From the IMG/VR virus record IMGVR_UViG_3300042398_001353: a DNA stretch of 64,000 nucleotides, one strand, 5' to 3'. Source of the DNA: a virus. Taxonomy: Duplodnaviria; Heunggongvirae; Uroviricota; Caudoviricetes. A program made the position numbers and the translations under genes. Positions 27,586-36,521 of the stretch are shown one piece after another. How positions within the stretch are numbered: the first letter of the stretch is position 1; every line of letters begins with the position of its first letter. The notes under the pieces are model-generated. The model did no database searches. It was not told the DNA's origin and saw only the letters and a program-made list of their open reading frames with translations.

Positions 27586-27813
27586 CTATTTTAAATTCTT
27601 TTTAAATCTGTTAATTGGAAATCTCATCCCGTAGAAGACATCATTTCTGGTGAGTCCCTGCAATCGCATAATCTCCCAGTAGTTGTCATAAAGATAATCG
27701 CACCAAGTTTCTGTGCGCAGGGGTTTCTTTGGGTCGTTGTCCCATACACCTCGTTTGTCATATGCATACTTCACCCAGAATTCCATAAGTTCTCCTTTTG
27801 TTAGAGCTTTCAT
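27586..27813 (-). CDS. hypothetical W/Y-rich small protein
   Basis: 75-aa ORF. Confidence 0.3.
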   Translation of the reverse strand: MKALTKGELMEFWVKYAYDKRGVWDNDPKKPLRTETWCDYLYDNYWEIMRLQGLTRNDVFYGMRFPINRFKKNLK

Positions 27814-27998
27814 ATAGTTTTATTTAAAAGGTTATTCATCTTGTTGATTTCGGTATCCAGTAAACTGGTGAGCCTCTCCATTTCTTTCTTCCAGTCGTGG
27901 TGAGCTCGGCTTCTCTTATTTAGTTGTGGGAGCTTTAATGATTTCAGCTCCCTTAACTTCTGTTCGATTTGCTTCTTATTCTCCATGCTCGATTTCAT
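27810..27998 (-). CDS. small coiled-coil protein
   Basis: 62 aa, K/E/L-rich heptad-like. Confidence 0.3.
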   Translation of the reverse strand: MKSSMENKKQIEQKLRELKSLKLPQLNKRSRAHHDWKKEMERLTSLLDTEINKMNNLLNKTI

Positions 27999-28242
27999 AA
28001 CTTCCGCAGTTATAGTTAATGATGCTGAAGAACTTTAAGTATTTGATGCAAGTGTCATCAGCTCTGTTGATGGCTTCACGCAGATTGTTATCCACAATCG
28101 CTTGGGCAAAGCTACCACCCATTTGAACTTTATCACGAGTCATCAATACTGATGCTGCAACATCTATTGCGTGCTGCTCCTCAACTTTCCATCTTGCTGC
28201 CCATCTTTGCGCAGCCGCTTTGTACTTTGCTACTTTGTCCAT
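27976..28242 (-). CDS. hypothetical small protein
   Basis: 88-aa ORF. Confidence 0.3.
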   Translation of the reverse strand: MDKVAKYKAAAQRWAARWKVEEQHAIDVAASVLMTRDKVQMGGSFAQAIVDNNLREAINRADDTCIKYLKFFSIINYNCGSYEIEHGE

Positions 28243-28262
28243 AGTTTTAATTTTTTGTAATA

Positions 28263-28661
28263 TTAAGAAATGTTTTTTAATTCCACAAATAAAGTTTTCC
28301 CCATACTAACAATATTGTCATACGAAGCTCCGTCCACATTCTGTCCCCCGCATAACCAGTTCGGCTGCACGCGGGGATTATAAGATAGCTGCTCAAAATT
28401 CTTGAGCTGTGTAATACTTGGGCCTTCTAGATCTGTCAGGATGCTGATCTCATTGCAGAGAATCCAGGCACAGACACTTTTGTTCGCGCCCTGGTGAATC
28501 TTGTTAGCTGTTGACTTCTGGTTCTTCACCGTGCAGCCCGTCATACGCAGCTGTACAGCATCCGGGTTAATATATCTCGCCGGTTGTCCAGGGATGTCAA
28601 TCTTCCAGGTCATATAATTCTTACCGGCCGCCAGGTTAAATCTCACTTTAATTGATTTCAT
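28263..28661 (-). CDS. hypothetical protein
   Basis: 132-aa ORF. Confidence 0.35.
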   Translation of the reverse strand: MKSIKVRFNLAAGKNYMTWKIDIPGQPARYINPDAVQLRMTGCTVKNQKSTANKIHQGANKSVCAWILCNEISILTDLEGPSITQLKNFEQLSYNPRVQPNWLCGGQNVDGASYDNIVSMGKTLFVELKNIS

Positions 28662-28667
28662 ATAGTT

Positions 28668-28877
28668 TTATTTTAAAACTTCAAAGTGCTTGTTAAAAAA
28701 TTCTTCGCTAACAATTTTCTTTGCTTCCCTGTTTGCGATTTCATTACCAACTAATTTATCTCCACGCTTCGTAAACAGGACCGCCGCATCAGGCCAACCC
28801 CATACGCCGCCTTCGCGTAGTACATGAAGGATGTTAGTAAAGAATTCTTCGTTTGCTTTGATTTTATGCTTTTCCAT
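28668..28877 (-). CDS. hypothetical small protein
   Basis: 69-aa ORF. Confidence 0.3.
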   Translation of the reverse strand: MEKHKIKANEEFFTNILHVLREGGVWGWPDAAVLFTKRGDKLVGNEIANREAKKIVSEEFFNKHFEVLK

Positions 28878-28916
28878 TGTTTTAAGATTATGCAGTAAAG
28901 GTAATTGTTTTTCTTG

Positions 28917-29303
28917 TTATTCCAAAAAATTTTTTAACTTCTTTAAAAAGATTTGTTTTAAAAATTCTTCGTCCACATCTCCTGGTTTTAATTCGTCTGT
29001 CTTTCCCAGGTATTTCCTGAACTCTGTTTGCTTCCCGTTCACATTGAAGATGCATCTAGCATACGTGTAGTACGTGCCGGCCTTCTCAAGTTCTGTGTAG
29101 TAGATCTTCACATCCCTGGTGGATCTGATCTGTTTTAGCCGGTCGTTAACTATTTTGAAATCAGCCAGGAGCCTTTGTAATACCTGGTCCCTTTCCATGT
29201 GAACCAGGACTTTATTCCGCCTGGTTGTCCATCCCATTTTATCTAGCTCCGCCTCATCTACTTTACTCGGCTTCCTCACTAGCTTCGATAATTCATCTAA
29301 CAT
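28917..29303 (-). CDS. hypothetical protein
   Basis: 128-aa ORF. Confidence 0.35.
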   Translation of the reverse strand: MLDELSKLVRKPSKVDEAELDKMGWTTRRNKVLVHMERDQVLQRLLADFKIVNDRLKQIRSTRDVKIYYTELEKAGTYYTYARCIFNVNGKQTEFRKYLGKTDELKPGDVDEEFLKQIFLKKLKNFLE

Positions 29304-29656
29304 GATACTAATTGTTTGGTTATATAATTTTTTGATATGACAGCTCTGTGCACCATGGCCAGATCTTCCATCTTGAGATCACTATAAAAAACATAGCGAT
29401 CCGCGCCATCTTCATTAACAGCGATCAACTCATTTGTTGATCCGTCTATCCCTGTAATGATCACGTCTTCATTTCCGTTATGGATTGTGGGCCTGTAGTA
29501 TTGTACTGTACATTCGATCGGGTATTTAAACGCGATCTCAAATTCTTCTGGCTCCAGACGGTTATCTGTTATAACTGTACAAATAATTTCCTGGTGCATT
29601 CTATCCCTTAACCTGGTAATTTCATTTACGTAGTCCATATGTGTGTTTTTTTGCAA
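29297..29656 (-). CDS. hypothetical protein
   Basis: 119-aa ORF. Confidence 0.35.
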   Translation of the reverse strand: MQKNTHMDYVNEITRLRDRMHQEIICTVITDNRLEPEEFEIAFKYPIECTVQYYRPTIHNGNEDVIITGIDGSTNELIAVNEDGADRYVFYSDLKMEDLAMVHRAVISKNYITKQLVSC

Positions 29657-29658
29657 TG

Positions 29659-30429
29659 TTACAAAATATTTTCTTTGGATACAATAAACTTACTTTTAGA
29701 TAAATCTATTTTATTTCTCACCTTCTTATACTTTAGGCCGATCACTACCTTCCCAGGATCTTGATATCTCATATCATAAAGATCACCGTCAACAACTGGG
29801 ACGCCCCAATACTGTGCAGGAACCTCTTCGAATACTACAGCTACTCTGATCTCCTGCTCAAGGGCTAACAGTGATTCTGCAATGTTATTCCCGCTGAAGG
29901 AAAAAGTAATGTCATAGTTACTGTATTTCTTCGCCAGCTGTATACGCTTGAAGACTTTAGTATAATCATAGAACTGTACATCTGGAAACATCTCCAGGAT
30001 GTTTTTACCATCCAGGTGAAACTGTTCAGGGCTCAGGTCACTAGTACCGTTCAGCCGCACGCTAAAACTTTTGCCTGCTGCAATAGCTTTCTTCTGCGCG
30101 CTGCGTATTTCATCCTGCAGCCAGCCCATAAAGAATGCGCGCTGCTCAAAGAATAACTTTGTCTTTGTGATACGGGCTTTATTAATTGTATTCTCATGGA
30201 TATCGATTCTGTTATGTCCGCTCTCATTTAAGCAGGCTGTAGTACATTCAATGCTGCGCATTGGGCAAACTTCATAGCCGCTAGATTTAGCAGGAGCTAG
30301 ATAAAGGATGTAGGTCATCTCGTCATACTTCAGACCTTTGGCGATCTTTGAGCTAGTGTTGATCCCACCTAGGTAGCTCAGTCCTGTCATACGTTTCGCG
30401 TCCGCTTTGTTCTTGTAAGTCATAGTCAT
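29659..30429 (-). CDS. Cys-cluster protein (possible Fe-S or Zn binding)
   Basis: 256 aa; YEVCPMRSIECTTACLNESGHN (C-x6-C-x3-C). An in-frame ATG 13 codons downstream lies inside a CGTATGAC motif, so a 30390 start is possible. Confidence 0.4.
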   Translation of the reverse strand: MTMTYKNKADAKRMTGLSYLGGINTSSKIAKGLKYDEMTYILYLAPAKSSGYEVCPMRSIECTTACLNESGHNRIDIHENTINKARITKTKLFFEQRAFFMGWLQDEIRSAQKKAIAAGKSFSVRLNGTSDLSPEQFHLDGKNILEMFPDVQFYDYTKVFKRIQLAKKYSNYDITFSFSGNNIAESLLALEQEIRVAVVFEEVPAQYWGVPVVDGDLYDMRYQDPGKVVIGLKYKKVRNKIDLSKSKFIVSKENIL

Positions 30430-30445
30430 TTAAATTTAGTGTTCA

Positions 30446-30476
30446 CAAAGATAAATAAAATTATTTAATTACCAAA
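30446..30476 (-). promoter_or_regulatory. Bacteroidota-type promoter (- strand: TTTG-N19-TATCTTTG)
   Basis: - strand reads TTTGGTAATTAAATAATTTTATTTATCTTTG, 17 nt upstream of ATG 30429; near-identical copy at 35474..35504. Confidence 0.5.
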
Positions 30477-30488
30477 AATATTTTTTTG

Positions 30489-30800
30489 TTACCAAGAAAG
30501 CTCGAACTGGTTCCAGATAGATTCGTCTAGCTCCCAGCTTTCTGGTGCAGGTAATACGAGCCAGCTCAAGGCGTCCTGAATAATTACATCCCTGCTTGTC
30601 CCGTCTGGCCAGTCTTTTGTGTACGCCTTCCCTGATCCGAGAATATCCCAGATCTCTTCAGGTTCCATGTCTTCAGTCATCCTATTCTGGTAATACATAC
30701 TCACCTGATTTTCATCATTATGGTACACAGATACCACGCCGCCGTCTTCGACTATTACATCGAACTCCATTTCGTTTATTTCATTTATTCTATACTTCAT
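30489..30800 (-). CDS. small acidic protein
   Basis: 103 aa, D/E/W-rich. Confidence 0.35.
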   Translation of the reverse strand: MKYRINEINEMEFDVIVEDGGVVSVYHNDENQVSMYYQNRMTEDMEPEEIWDILGSGKAYTKDWPDGTSRDVIIQDALSWLVLPAPESWELDESIWNQFELSW

Positions 30801-30802
30801 AG

Positions 30803-31045
30803 CTAAATTATTTTAATGAATATGTTATTGAAATTAATTTGGTCATTGTTCGCCTGAAGCTCGAATCCTTTCAAGCTCCATACTAAACCCTGAGCTTCAG
30901 CTTCCTTAATAAATTCTTCAGAGCTGTCCCAGATGCTGTGCTGATCAGGTAGTACATCCAGATCAACGCCGTAGACTCTGATCTGCTGTCTGGCATAATC
31001 CAGTACTTCAATGCGTGCTGTTTCGCTGGCTGGTATAAATTCCAT
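30803..31045 (-). CDS. hypothetical small protein
   Basis: 80-aa ORF. Confidence 0.3.
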   Translation of the reverse strand: MEFIPASETARIEVLDYARQQIRVYGVDLDVLPDQHSIWDSSEEFIKEAEAQGLVWSLKGFELQANNDQINFNNIFIKII

Positions 31046-31056
31046 ATAGTTTTATT

Positions 31057-31317
31057 TTAAATTACGCTGTTGATTAATTCTATCTGTGCTTCGAAGCCTG
31101 AATCGGTTCTGTCCCATTTACCTTCTAATGCCCATTCGGCATCCTCCTGTAGCGTAATTAACGCATCGACCAGCGGAATGGTACAGGAATCAAACACGTG
31201 GGAGTCCAGCGTGGTCATATCTAAAGGTAGCTCATCATTAACAGCTAACTCTACCAGAACAGCTTTTAACTTCTCATTGAAGTTCATAATCTTGAAATCT
31301 CTTTCTGTATTTTCCAT
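31057..31317 (-). CDS. small acidic protein
   Basis: 86 aa, strongly acidic. Confidence 0.35.
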   Translation of the reverse strand: MENTERDFKIMNFNEKLKAVLVELAVNDELPLDMTTLDSHVFDSCTIPLVDALITLQEDAEWALEGKWDRTDSGFEAQIELINSVI

Positions 31318-31323
31318 ATAGAT

Positions 31324-31515
31324 TTAATTTAAAAATTGAAGTTCTGGTTTACCCTCTACCACCATCCATTGACAATTGGATAATGAATAATCTAATCCGT
31401 TCTCATCATCCTCGATAAATTCCTCATAGTTGTCATCTGGACAATTTACTAAATCTAGCACATCTATCGTGCTGGTTTCAAAATTTAGGATTACTACAAA
31501 CATTTCTTTTTTCAT
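31324..31515 (-). CDS. small acidic protein
   Basis: 63 aa, D/E-rich. Confidence 0.3.
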   Translation of the reverse strand: MKKEMFVVILNFETSTIDVLDLVNCPDDNYEEFIEDDENGLDYSLSNCQWMVVEGKPELQFLN

Positions 31516-31526
31516 ATAGTTTTATT

Positions 31527-32360
31527 TTATTTTGTTTCTTCTTCTTTTTCTGCTGGTGTTATACCTTCTGGTAACTTCTCGAATTCTACATACCCATTAT
31601 TCTCATCATAGAATCTGTAGATATCATTCCAGCCAGTATATTTTAACTTCTGTCCATTCACCATATATTCCTTCCAGTGTTCCAGTCCAGCGACCTTCTC
31701 CATTTTATTCTTCTTCTTAGCATACTTAAGACCTTCTTTATACAAAGTATTAAATCTTTTTAATTCCTCAGCATTCAAGAAATCTAATTGCTTTAATGTT
31801 CTTTCATATGATTCTTTAATCTCAGCCATATCATCTTCAAACCAATATTCCATATTGTTATCAATTTCGTGCCAGAATAAATCTTCATCAATTCTGTATA
31901 TACCAGCATAGTAATCCAGACAGAATTCTTCCAGTACATCTCCATCATCTACTACCAACTTACCAGCATACCAGTCACCACTCTCATCATATGTGTGTTC
32001 AATATGTAACCTGTACTGGCTGGAGAGTAATTTAGCAAAACCTGTTACAGGACTCCAAGCAGAATCAAAACACATAGTGATGCATTCATCATCATCCTCA
32101 AGTACAGACATAAATTCCTCAGCAGACTTCTGCCACTTGCTACCATATACACGAATGTTATGCTCGTACCAGCCACCTTCTTCATTCCAGTCATCCTCTC
32201 TGCCCACCAGATAGTCATACGCACCTCCCCAGACTTTTGGGTTGGCTTTCATATCATCCTCCATAAACAGAAGTTTGGCTCTGAGTCTTTTGATTCCTTC
32301 TTGAGTAGTATCTGACTCTGAAGGGGTAATTGTCATTGAGTTGTTGCACCAATTTGGCAT
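31527..32360 (-). CDS. hypothetical W/Y/E-rich protein
   Basis: 277 aa; begins MPNWCNNSMTI. Confidence 0.4.
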   Translation of the reverse strand: MPNWCNNSMTITPSESDTTQEGIKRLRAKLLFMEDDMKANPKVWGGAYDYLVGREDDWNEEGGWYEHNIRVYGSKWQKSAEEFMSVLEDDDECITMCFDSAWSPVTGFAKLLSSQYRLHIEHTYDESGDWYAGKLVVDDGDVLEEFCLDYYAGIYRIDEDLFWHEIDNNMEYWFEDDMAEIKESYERTLKQLDFLNAEELKRFNTLYKEGLKYAKKKNKMEKVAGLEHWKEYMVNGQKLKYTGWNDIYRFYDENNGYVEFEKLPEGITPAEKEEETK

Positions 32361-32380
32361 AGTAGTATCGTTTAGGTGAG

Positions 32381-32411
32381 CAAATATAAACCTATTTTAA
32401 TTCCAAACAAA
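32381..32411 (-). promoter_or_regulatory. Bacteroidota-type promoter (- strand: TTTG-N19-TATATTTG)
   Basis: - strand TTTG ... TATATTTG, 21 nt upstream of ATG 32360. Confidence 0.4.
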
Positions 32412-32485
32412 TTTTTTTGTAATAATTTTTATTAAAAAGAAGACCGACCTATGACAATCGGTCTTCAGGGAACAACTAACCTTTA

Positions 32486-32866
32486 CTAACCTAACCTACC
32501 TTTTATTTGATGTAGTACGTATTCACCTTCTCTCTGATAACCCACGCTGAAGTCATCAGATTTTTTATCAATGAAACATATACCACGTAATTTCTTTCCA
32601 TCAGTATTCACTGATAGTTTACCCATAAATGAGTTAAAAGATTTTTCAAGCTTGTCTGACAAATCATTGTCATTATTAGTGATGACATATTTTGTACCGA
32701 ATCTTTTGAATCTAATTTTATGTCTCTCACTCTTCAGATCTTCAGCCAATAACTTCTTCAAGCCACCAAGTGATTTCTTGATAGTTGGTAAATCATTTGT
32801 CTTTTTTGTTGTCATACGAATTTTTATTTTGTGAATAACTTTGCAAAGATATGCAACTTTTTCCAC
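32486..32866 (-). CDS. basic protein (possible nucleic-acid binding)
   Basis: 126 aa, K/R-rich; alternative start MTTKKTNDL at 32815 inside a CGTATGAC motif. Confidence 0.35.
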   Translation of the reverse strand: MEKVAYLCKVIHKIKIRMTTKKTNDLPTIKKSLGGLKKLLAEDLKSERHKIRFKRFGTKYVITNNDNDLSDKLEKSFNSFMGKLSVNTDGKKLRGICFIDKKSDDFSVGYQREGEYVLHQIKGRLG

Positions 32867-33143
32867 ATATTGGCATTTGTTTAAAGTTTTTTATTTTTGG
32901 TTAAACAAAATAAAGTAGGTGGAACTGGGGGAAGTCCCACCCCTTTACCTAACCACCATTAACCACTATGAACAAAAAACAAAATAAAACTATTTTAAAG
33001 TCCCTCGACTAATGGGAGTAATACGAACCACGTTAACGCGAACCAGAATACTACCAATGCGAACGAACCATACATGTCCCAAAATTCTTTTCGATCATTA
33101 TACCAAAGGTCTTTCGACCCTTGATATAATTCTTTTAACATCT

Positions 33144-33521
33144 CTACCATCTTTGATTATTATAATTGTTATTATAATTGTTTCTCCTTTGGTTATTGTT
33201 ATAAGGTCTTTGCTGATAACCACCACCCATATTATTGGTATAGTCATTACGCAATCTCTCGTGGAAGTCTTCTCCACCACCCGCATCAACTTCAACCCAA
33301 TCATTAGTTTGGAATTCTCCCGCTAATGTGTTCTCTCCTAACTCCTTAATTGTTTGCAGTTCCTCATCCACAATAGCGAATGTATCGTTTTGGAAGTTTA
33401 TGCGTGTAGCATACTTCTGCGTTGTCTTTTCAAACATTCTAAATGCAGTAGTCATTTGGTCTAGATTCACTAGTGTTACCTTTCCCGTTTGAGTGTAAGT
33501 TAACTTGATAATAGTTGCCAT
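33144..33521 (-). CDS. protein with N/Y/Q/R-rich low-complexity C-terminal tail
   Basis: ...NNMGGGYQQRPYNNNQRRNNYNNNYNNQRW. Confidence 0.4.
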   Translation of the reverse strand: MATIIKLTYTQTGKVTLVNLDQMTTAFRMFEKTTQKYATRINFQNDTFAIVDEELQTIKELGENTLAGEFQTNDWVEVDAGGGEDFHERLRNDYTNNMGGGYQQRPYNNNQRRNNYNNNYNNQRW

Positions 33522-33556
33522 AATTGATAAAATTTAAAATTTAAAATAAAATTGTT

Positions 33557-33892
33557 TTAATTAAAAGTTTCATATGTGTTAACGAAGATTGGAGTCTGCT
33601 CTCCTACATATGCGCAAAAGGTATTGTACTCCAAGAATTCCCAAGCATCTTCCTCAGTCATCGGCTCTAAATCCGTTTTGTCTTTGGATTCCATAATGCT
33701 TTTATAATCCATCTCCAATAATAAGTGCACCATCCATTCTTTTGAATAAACTAATTGTCCGCCATCAGTTAATCCTATTATGGCTTTGTCATACCCATTA
33801 GGGTCGCCATCGAATCCATCGGGTTTAAGTGCTAAACAACTTTCAGCAGTTTCATTAACAATGTCTAAATCTACTTTGTGAGTATTTTCCAT
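33557..33892 (-). CDS. hypothetical acidic protein
   Basis: 111-aa ORF. Confidence 0.35.
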   Translation of the reverse strand: MENTHKVDLDIVNETAESCLALKPDGFDGDPNGYDKAIIGLTDGGQLVYSKEWMVHLLLEMDYKSIMESKDKTDLEPMTEEDAWEFLEYNTFCAYVGEQTPIFVNTYETFN

Positions 33893-33966
33893 TTGAATAA
33901 AATTGAATTAATAAATTAATGATGCAATATTACGAATTATTCTTGATATTAAAAAATTATTTTTAA

Positions 33967-34434
33967 TTAGAAGATTTCAAATCCTCCACAAACTTTTAAA
34001 AATGAAATAAATCTTTTTAAATGTCCAAGCGTTACGGAGTGAGATGCTTCAACCACATCGCCAGCTTTTGTGACAACGCTTGAATATAAGATTGTACCAT
34101 TAGGATACTGAACTGATATACCTTGCGGTCTTATTGATTGATTAGTATTGGTATCAATCCACATCCCTAAACAAACATACATTCGATCATCATCGCTTTT
34201 AAGAAACGGATGGTCTTTGATATGTCTTTCAAGTTTATCAGCCATCTTCATACAATCCTTTGCATTTAATCCGCTACCATCGTTATAACCCCAACGGCTC
34301 ATATCAAAATTAAGATTGTGTTTCATATTCAAATACTCACACAAGTAGTGAATAGGTCTCCAAGACCATAGGTTCGCGTGAAAAGTTTCACCATCAGTAT
34401 TGATTGGGTTTATACCCATTACATCCATTCCCAT
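33967..34434 (-). CDS. hypothetical protein
   Basis: 155-aa ORF. Confidence 0.35.
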   Translation of the reverse strand: MGMDVMGINPINTDGETFHANLWSWRPIHYLCEYLNMKHNLNFDMSRWGYNDGSGLNAKDCMKMADKLERHIKDHPFLKSDDDRMYVCLGMWIDTNTNQSIRPQGISVQYPNGTILYSSVVTKAGDVVEASHSVTLGHLKRFISFLKVCGGFEIF

Positions 34435-34438
34435 AATA

Positions 34439-34768
34439 TTATAGTTTAATTAAGTTAGCTAATTGAAATTCGAATTCTTCGCGCATTCCCTCCTCATCAT
34501 ATACTTTGATTGTTTCATCATCGTTTGGATGGTAGAATGCAATATCCACATTAATAGTGTTGCTCACAATCTTCTGCATAGTAATTGAATACTCCGTTTC
34601 GTGAATTGTATCCATATGCTGACTGCCGGCATATCTATTCTGCGAATGCACTACTACTGAGGAGTGAGAGCCAATCGGCTCCCATCCATCAGCGGACATT
34701 TCTTCTATCTTCTTATTCAAACTTGTGCTTGAACTTGCGGTAATGATTTTAATCTTCTTCATCTTCAT
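34439..34768 (-). CDS. DUF1737/DUF4177-like small protein
   Basis: ...EMSADGWEPIGSHSSVVV pattern (GWxPxG). Confidence 0.3.
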   Translation of the reverse strand: MKMKKIKIITASSSTSLNKKIEEMSADGWEPIGSHSSVVVHSQNRYAGSQHMDTIHETEYSITMQKIVSNTINVDIAFYHPNDDETIKVYDEEGMREEFEFQLANLIKL

Positions 34769-35183
34769 CAGTATTAAAGGTTAATTCACATTTGTTATTT
34801 ACTACTTCAATAATTTGTAGCAACCAATCCAATTGAGGAAATTGATAGATACGAACTGAATGCGTTTCTCCCGACTCAATCTCGTACATATGAATAAACA
34901 CTTCGGGGTCACCATCATCATCACGGCACGCACTCACCGAATGAATTTCATAATTGTCTTGTAGGATTAACTCTCCATCGTGGAAATTTAAACACGCATT
35001 TTTCATACTTGCATTATGAATTACTTTGGTAATTTCACCAAGATTAAGATTGGATATGTCATCCATACTAACTTGGTCTCTAACTGCTTTGGTCATAAGC
35101 ATCGCGAATACTGCTCTCTCGGTTTCTAATCCGTGCTTATAATAAGACTCACGAATTCCGTTTACAATTGGATTGATTTTCAT
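34749..35183 (-). CDS. hypothetical acidic protein
   Basis: 144-aa ORF. Confidence 0.35.
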   Translation of the reverse strand: MKINPIVNGIRESYYKHGLETERAVFAMLMTKAVRDQVSMDDISNLNLGEITKVIHNASMKNACLNFHDGELILQDNYEIHSVSACRDDDGDPEVFIHMYEIESGETHSVRIYQFPQLDWLLQIIEVVNNKCELTFNTDEDEED

Positions 35184-35194
35184 AATAATTAAAA

Positions 35195-35452
35195 TTAAAA
35201 GTTATTGATAAATTTTACATTTTCTTTGATGAAGTCCATCACCTTGTCTGCGTAATACGAACTCGTTAATTCATTTAGATATTGAATAATATCAAAATCT
35301 GCATCACGCATATTAACTCTAAATTCCCTACCCATTATTTTTTCTTTGGTAGTCCAATCAAGTGCATCAATATTGATTGTGTCACTTGTAGTACACACTT
35401 GGATAATTCCTCCGACTGCGTACTCTCCGATTTTAAATGTTTTCTTTGCCAT
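35195..35452 (-). CDS. hypothetical small protein
   Basis: 85-aa ORF with its own promoter. Confidence 0.35.
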   Translation of the reverse strand: MAKKTFKIGEYAVGGIIQVCTTSDTINIDALDWTTKEKIMGREFRVNMRDADFDIIQYLNELTSSYYADKVMDFIKENVKFINNF

Positions 35453-35473
35453 AGGTTAAATTGTTTTGTTTAG

Positions 35474-35504
35474 CAAAATTAAATAAAATTATTTAATTAC
35501 CAAA
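35474..35504 (-). promoter_or_regulatory. Bacteroidota-type promoter (- strand: TTTG-N19-TAATTTTG)
   Basis: - strand TTTGGTAATTAAATAATTTTATTTAATTTTG, 22 nt upstream of ATG 35452. Confidence 0.5.
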
Positions 35505-35505
35505 A

Positions 35506-35712
35506 TTATTTTTTTGGTTCATCAAGAATTCTATAAACATCGTCATACGGCTGAACTGCAAGGCTTGACCCATTGTCCCATTTAACGTGGATCTGCCCAA
35601 TGCCATCAATAGATTGTATTACCCCACGTGTCTTTGGTGGTGGTGCTTGCGGATCATCCATTTTAATGATCTCAATGATTTGACCGATCGGCCAGGTTTT
35701 TGACTTTTCCAT
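35506..35712 (-). CDS. hypothetical small protein
   Basis: 68-aa ORF. Confidence 0.3.
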   Translation of the reverse strand: MEKSKTWPIGQIIEIIKMDDPQAPPPKTRGVIQSIDGIGQIHVKWDNGSSLAVQPYDDVYRILDEPKK

Positions 35713-35734
35713 TTTTGATTTTATTTAAGGGTGA

Positions 35735-36085
35735 TTAATTATATTCATAAAGTTCTTGATTCCTTTCACAAACATATGCAAAACACGAACGCACATTCCA
35801 TATCAAATCTTCCTCCGTACTTTTTGCTAAACTTAACCAATCATCAGTAGACTCGAACTCGTCATACGCAAATTCCCATATCAAGTCTATAAGGTTGTAT
35901 CGGAAATTACCGATCGCTTTTTCATCCGTGATCAAAAGCCATTGGTAATACGTGATCATAGTATCGTGCAGATCATCCAATTCCTTATCGGTTAAAATAA
36001 ATTCATCGAATGTGGAGGAGTTAAACTTCCAAATTGATTCGGAAAATTCACCACGAGTGTATATCAAAGTTTTAGGATCTAACAT
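35735..36085 (-). CDS. hypothetical acidic protein
   Basis: 116-aa ORF. Confidence 0.35.
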   Translation of the reverse strand: MLDPKTLIYTRGEFSESIWKFNSSTFDEFILTDKELDDLHDTMITYYQWLLITDEKAIGNFRYNLIDLIWEFAYDEFESTDDWLSLAKSTEEDLIWNVRSCFAYVCERNQELYEYN

Positions 36086-36190
36086 AATGAATGCAATTTA
36101 TTTTATTCTAATTAAATTACCAAATATTTTTTTTGTAATAAGCAGATAGAAAAATAACCCGCACCCGTAATACGAATGCGGGGTAACTAC

Positions 36191-36436
36191 TTAGAACGGG
36201 GTTGGTATGCTTTTAACCAATTCAGCAAGGGACTGCGCTATCCTACTTAAAATTGGGTCTTTACTTTCAGTGTATCCAACATACTCACTTTTAGCATTAC
36301 CAGTGAAATAAGGAGTAGGCGGAACATATCCACGACTTACATTAAGTTTTTCCGCCCATTCATTAAAGGACAATTCGCTTTTGAACTTACTTGGTCTTAC
36401 CCTTAAATTTTCGGGTGCATTTACATTGTTGCTCAT
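36191..36436 (-). CDS. hypothetical small protein
   Basis: 81-aa ORF. Confidence 0.3.
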   Translation of the reverse strand: MSNNVNAPENLRVRPSKFKSELSFNEWAEKLNVSRGYVPPTPYFTGNAKSEYVGYTESKDPILSRIAQSLAELVKSIPTPF

Positions 36437-36521
36437 AATTGAAATAGATTTAATTTAAATTGTAATACGAAATTAATAAAAAATTGGATAGGGACAATAC
36501 ATCCCTACCCAATAATTTTTG

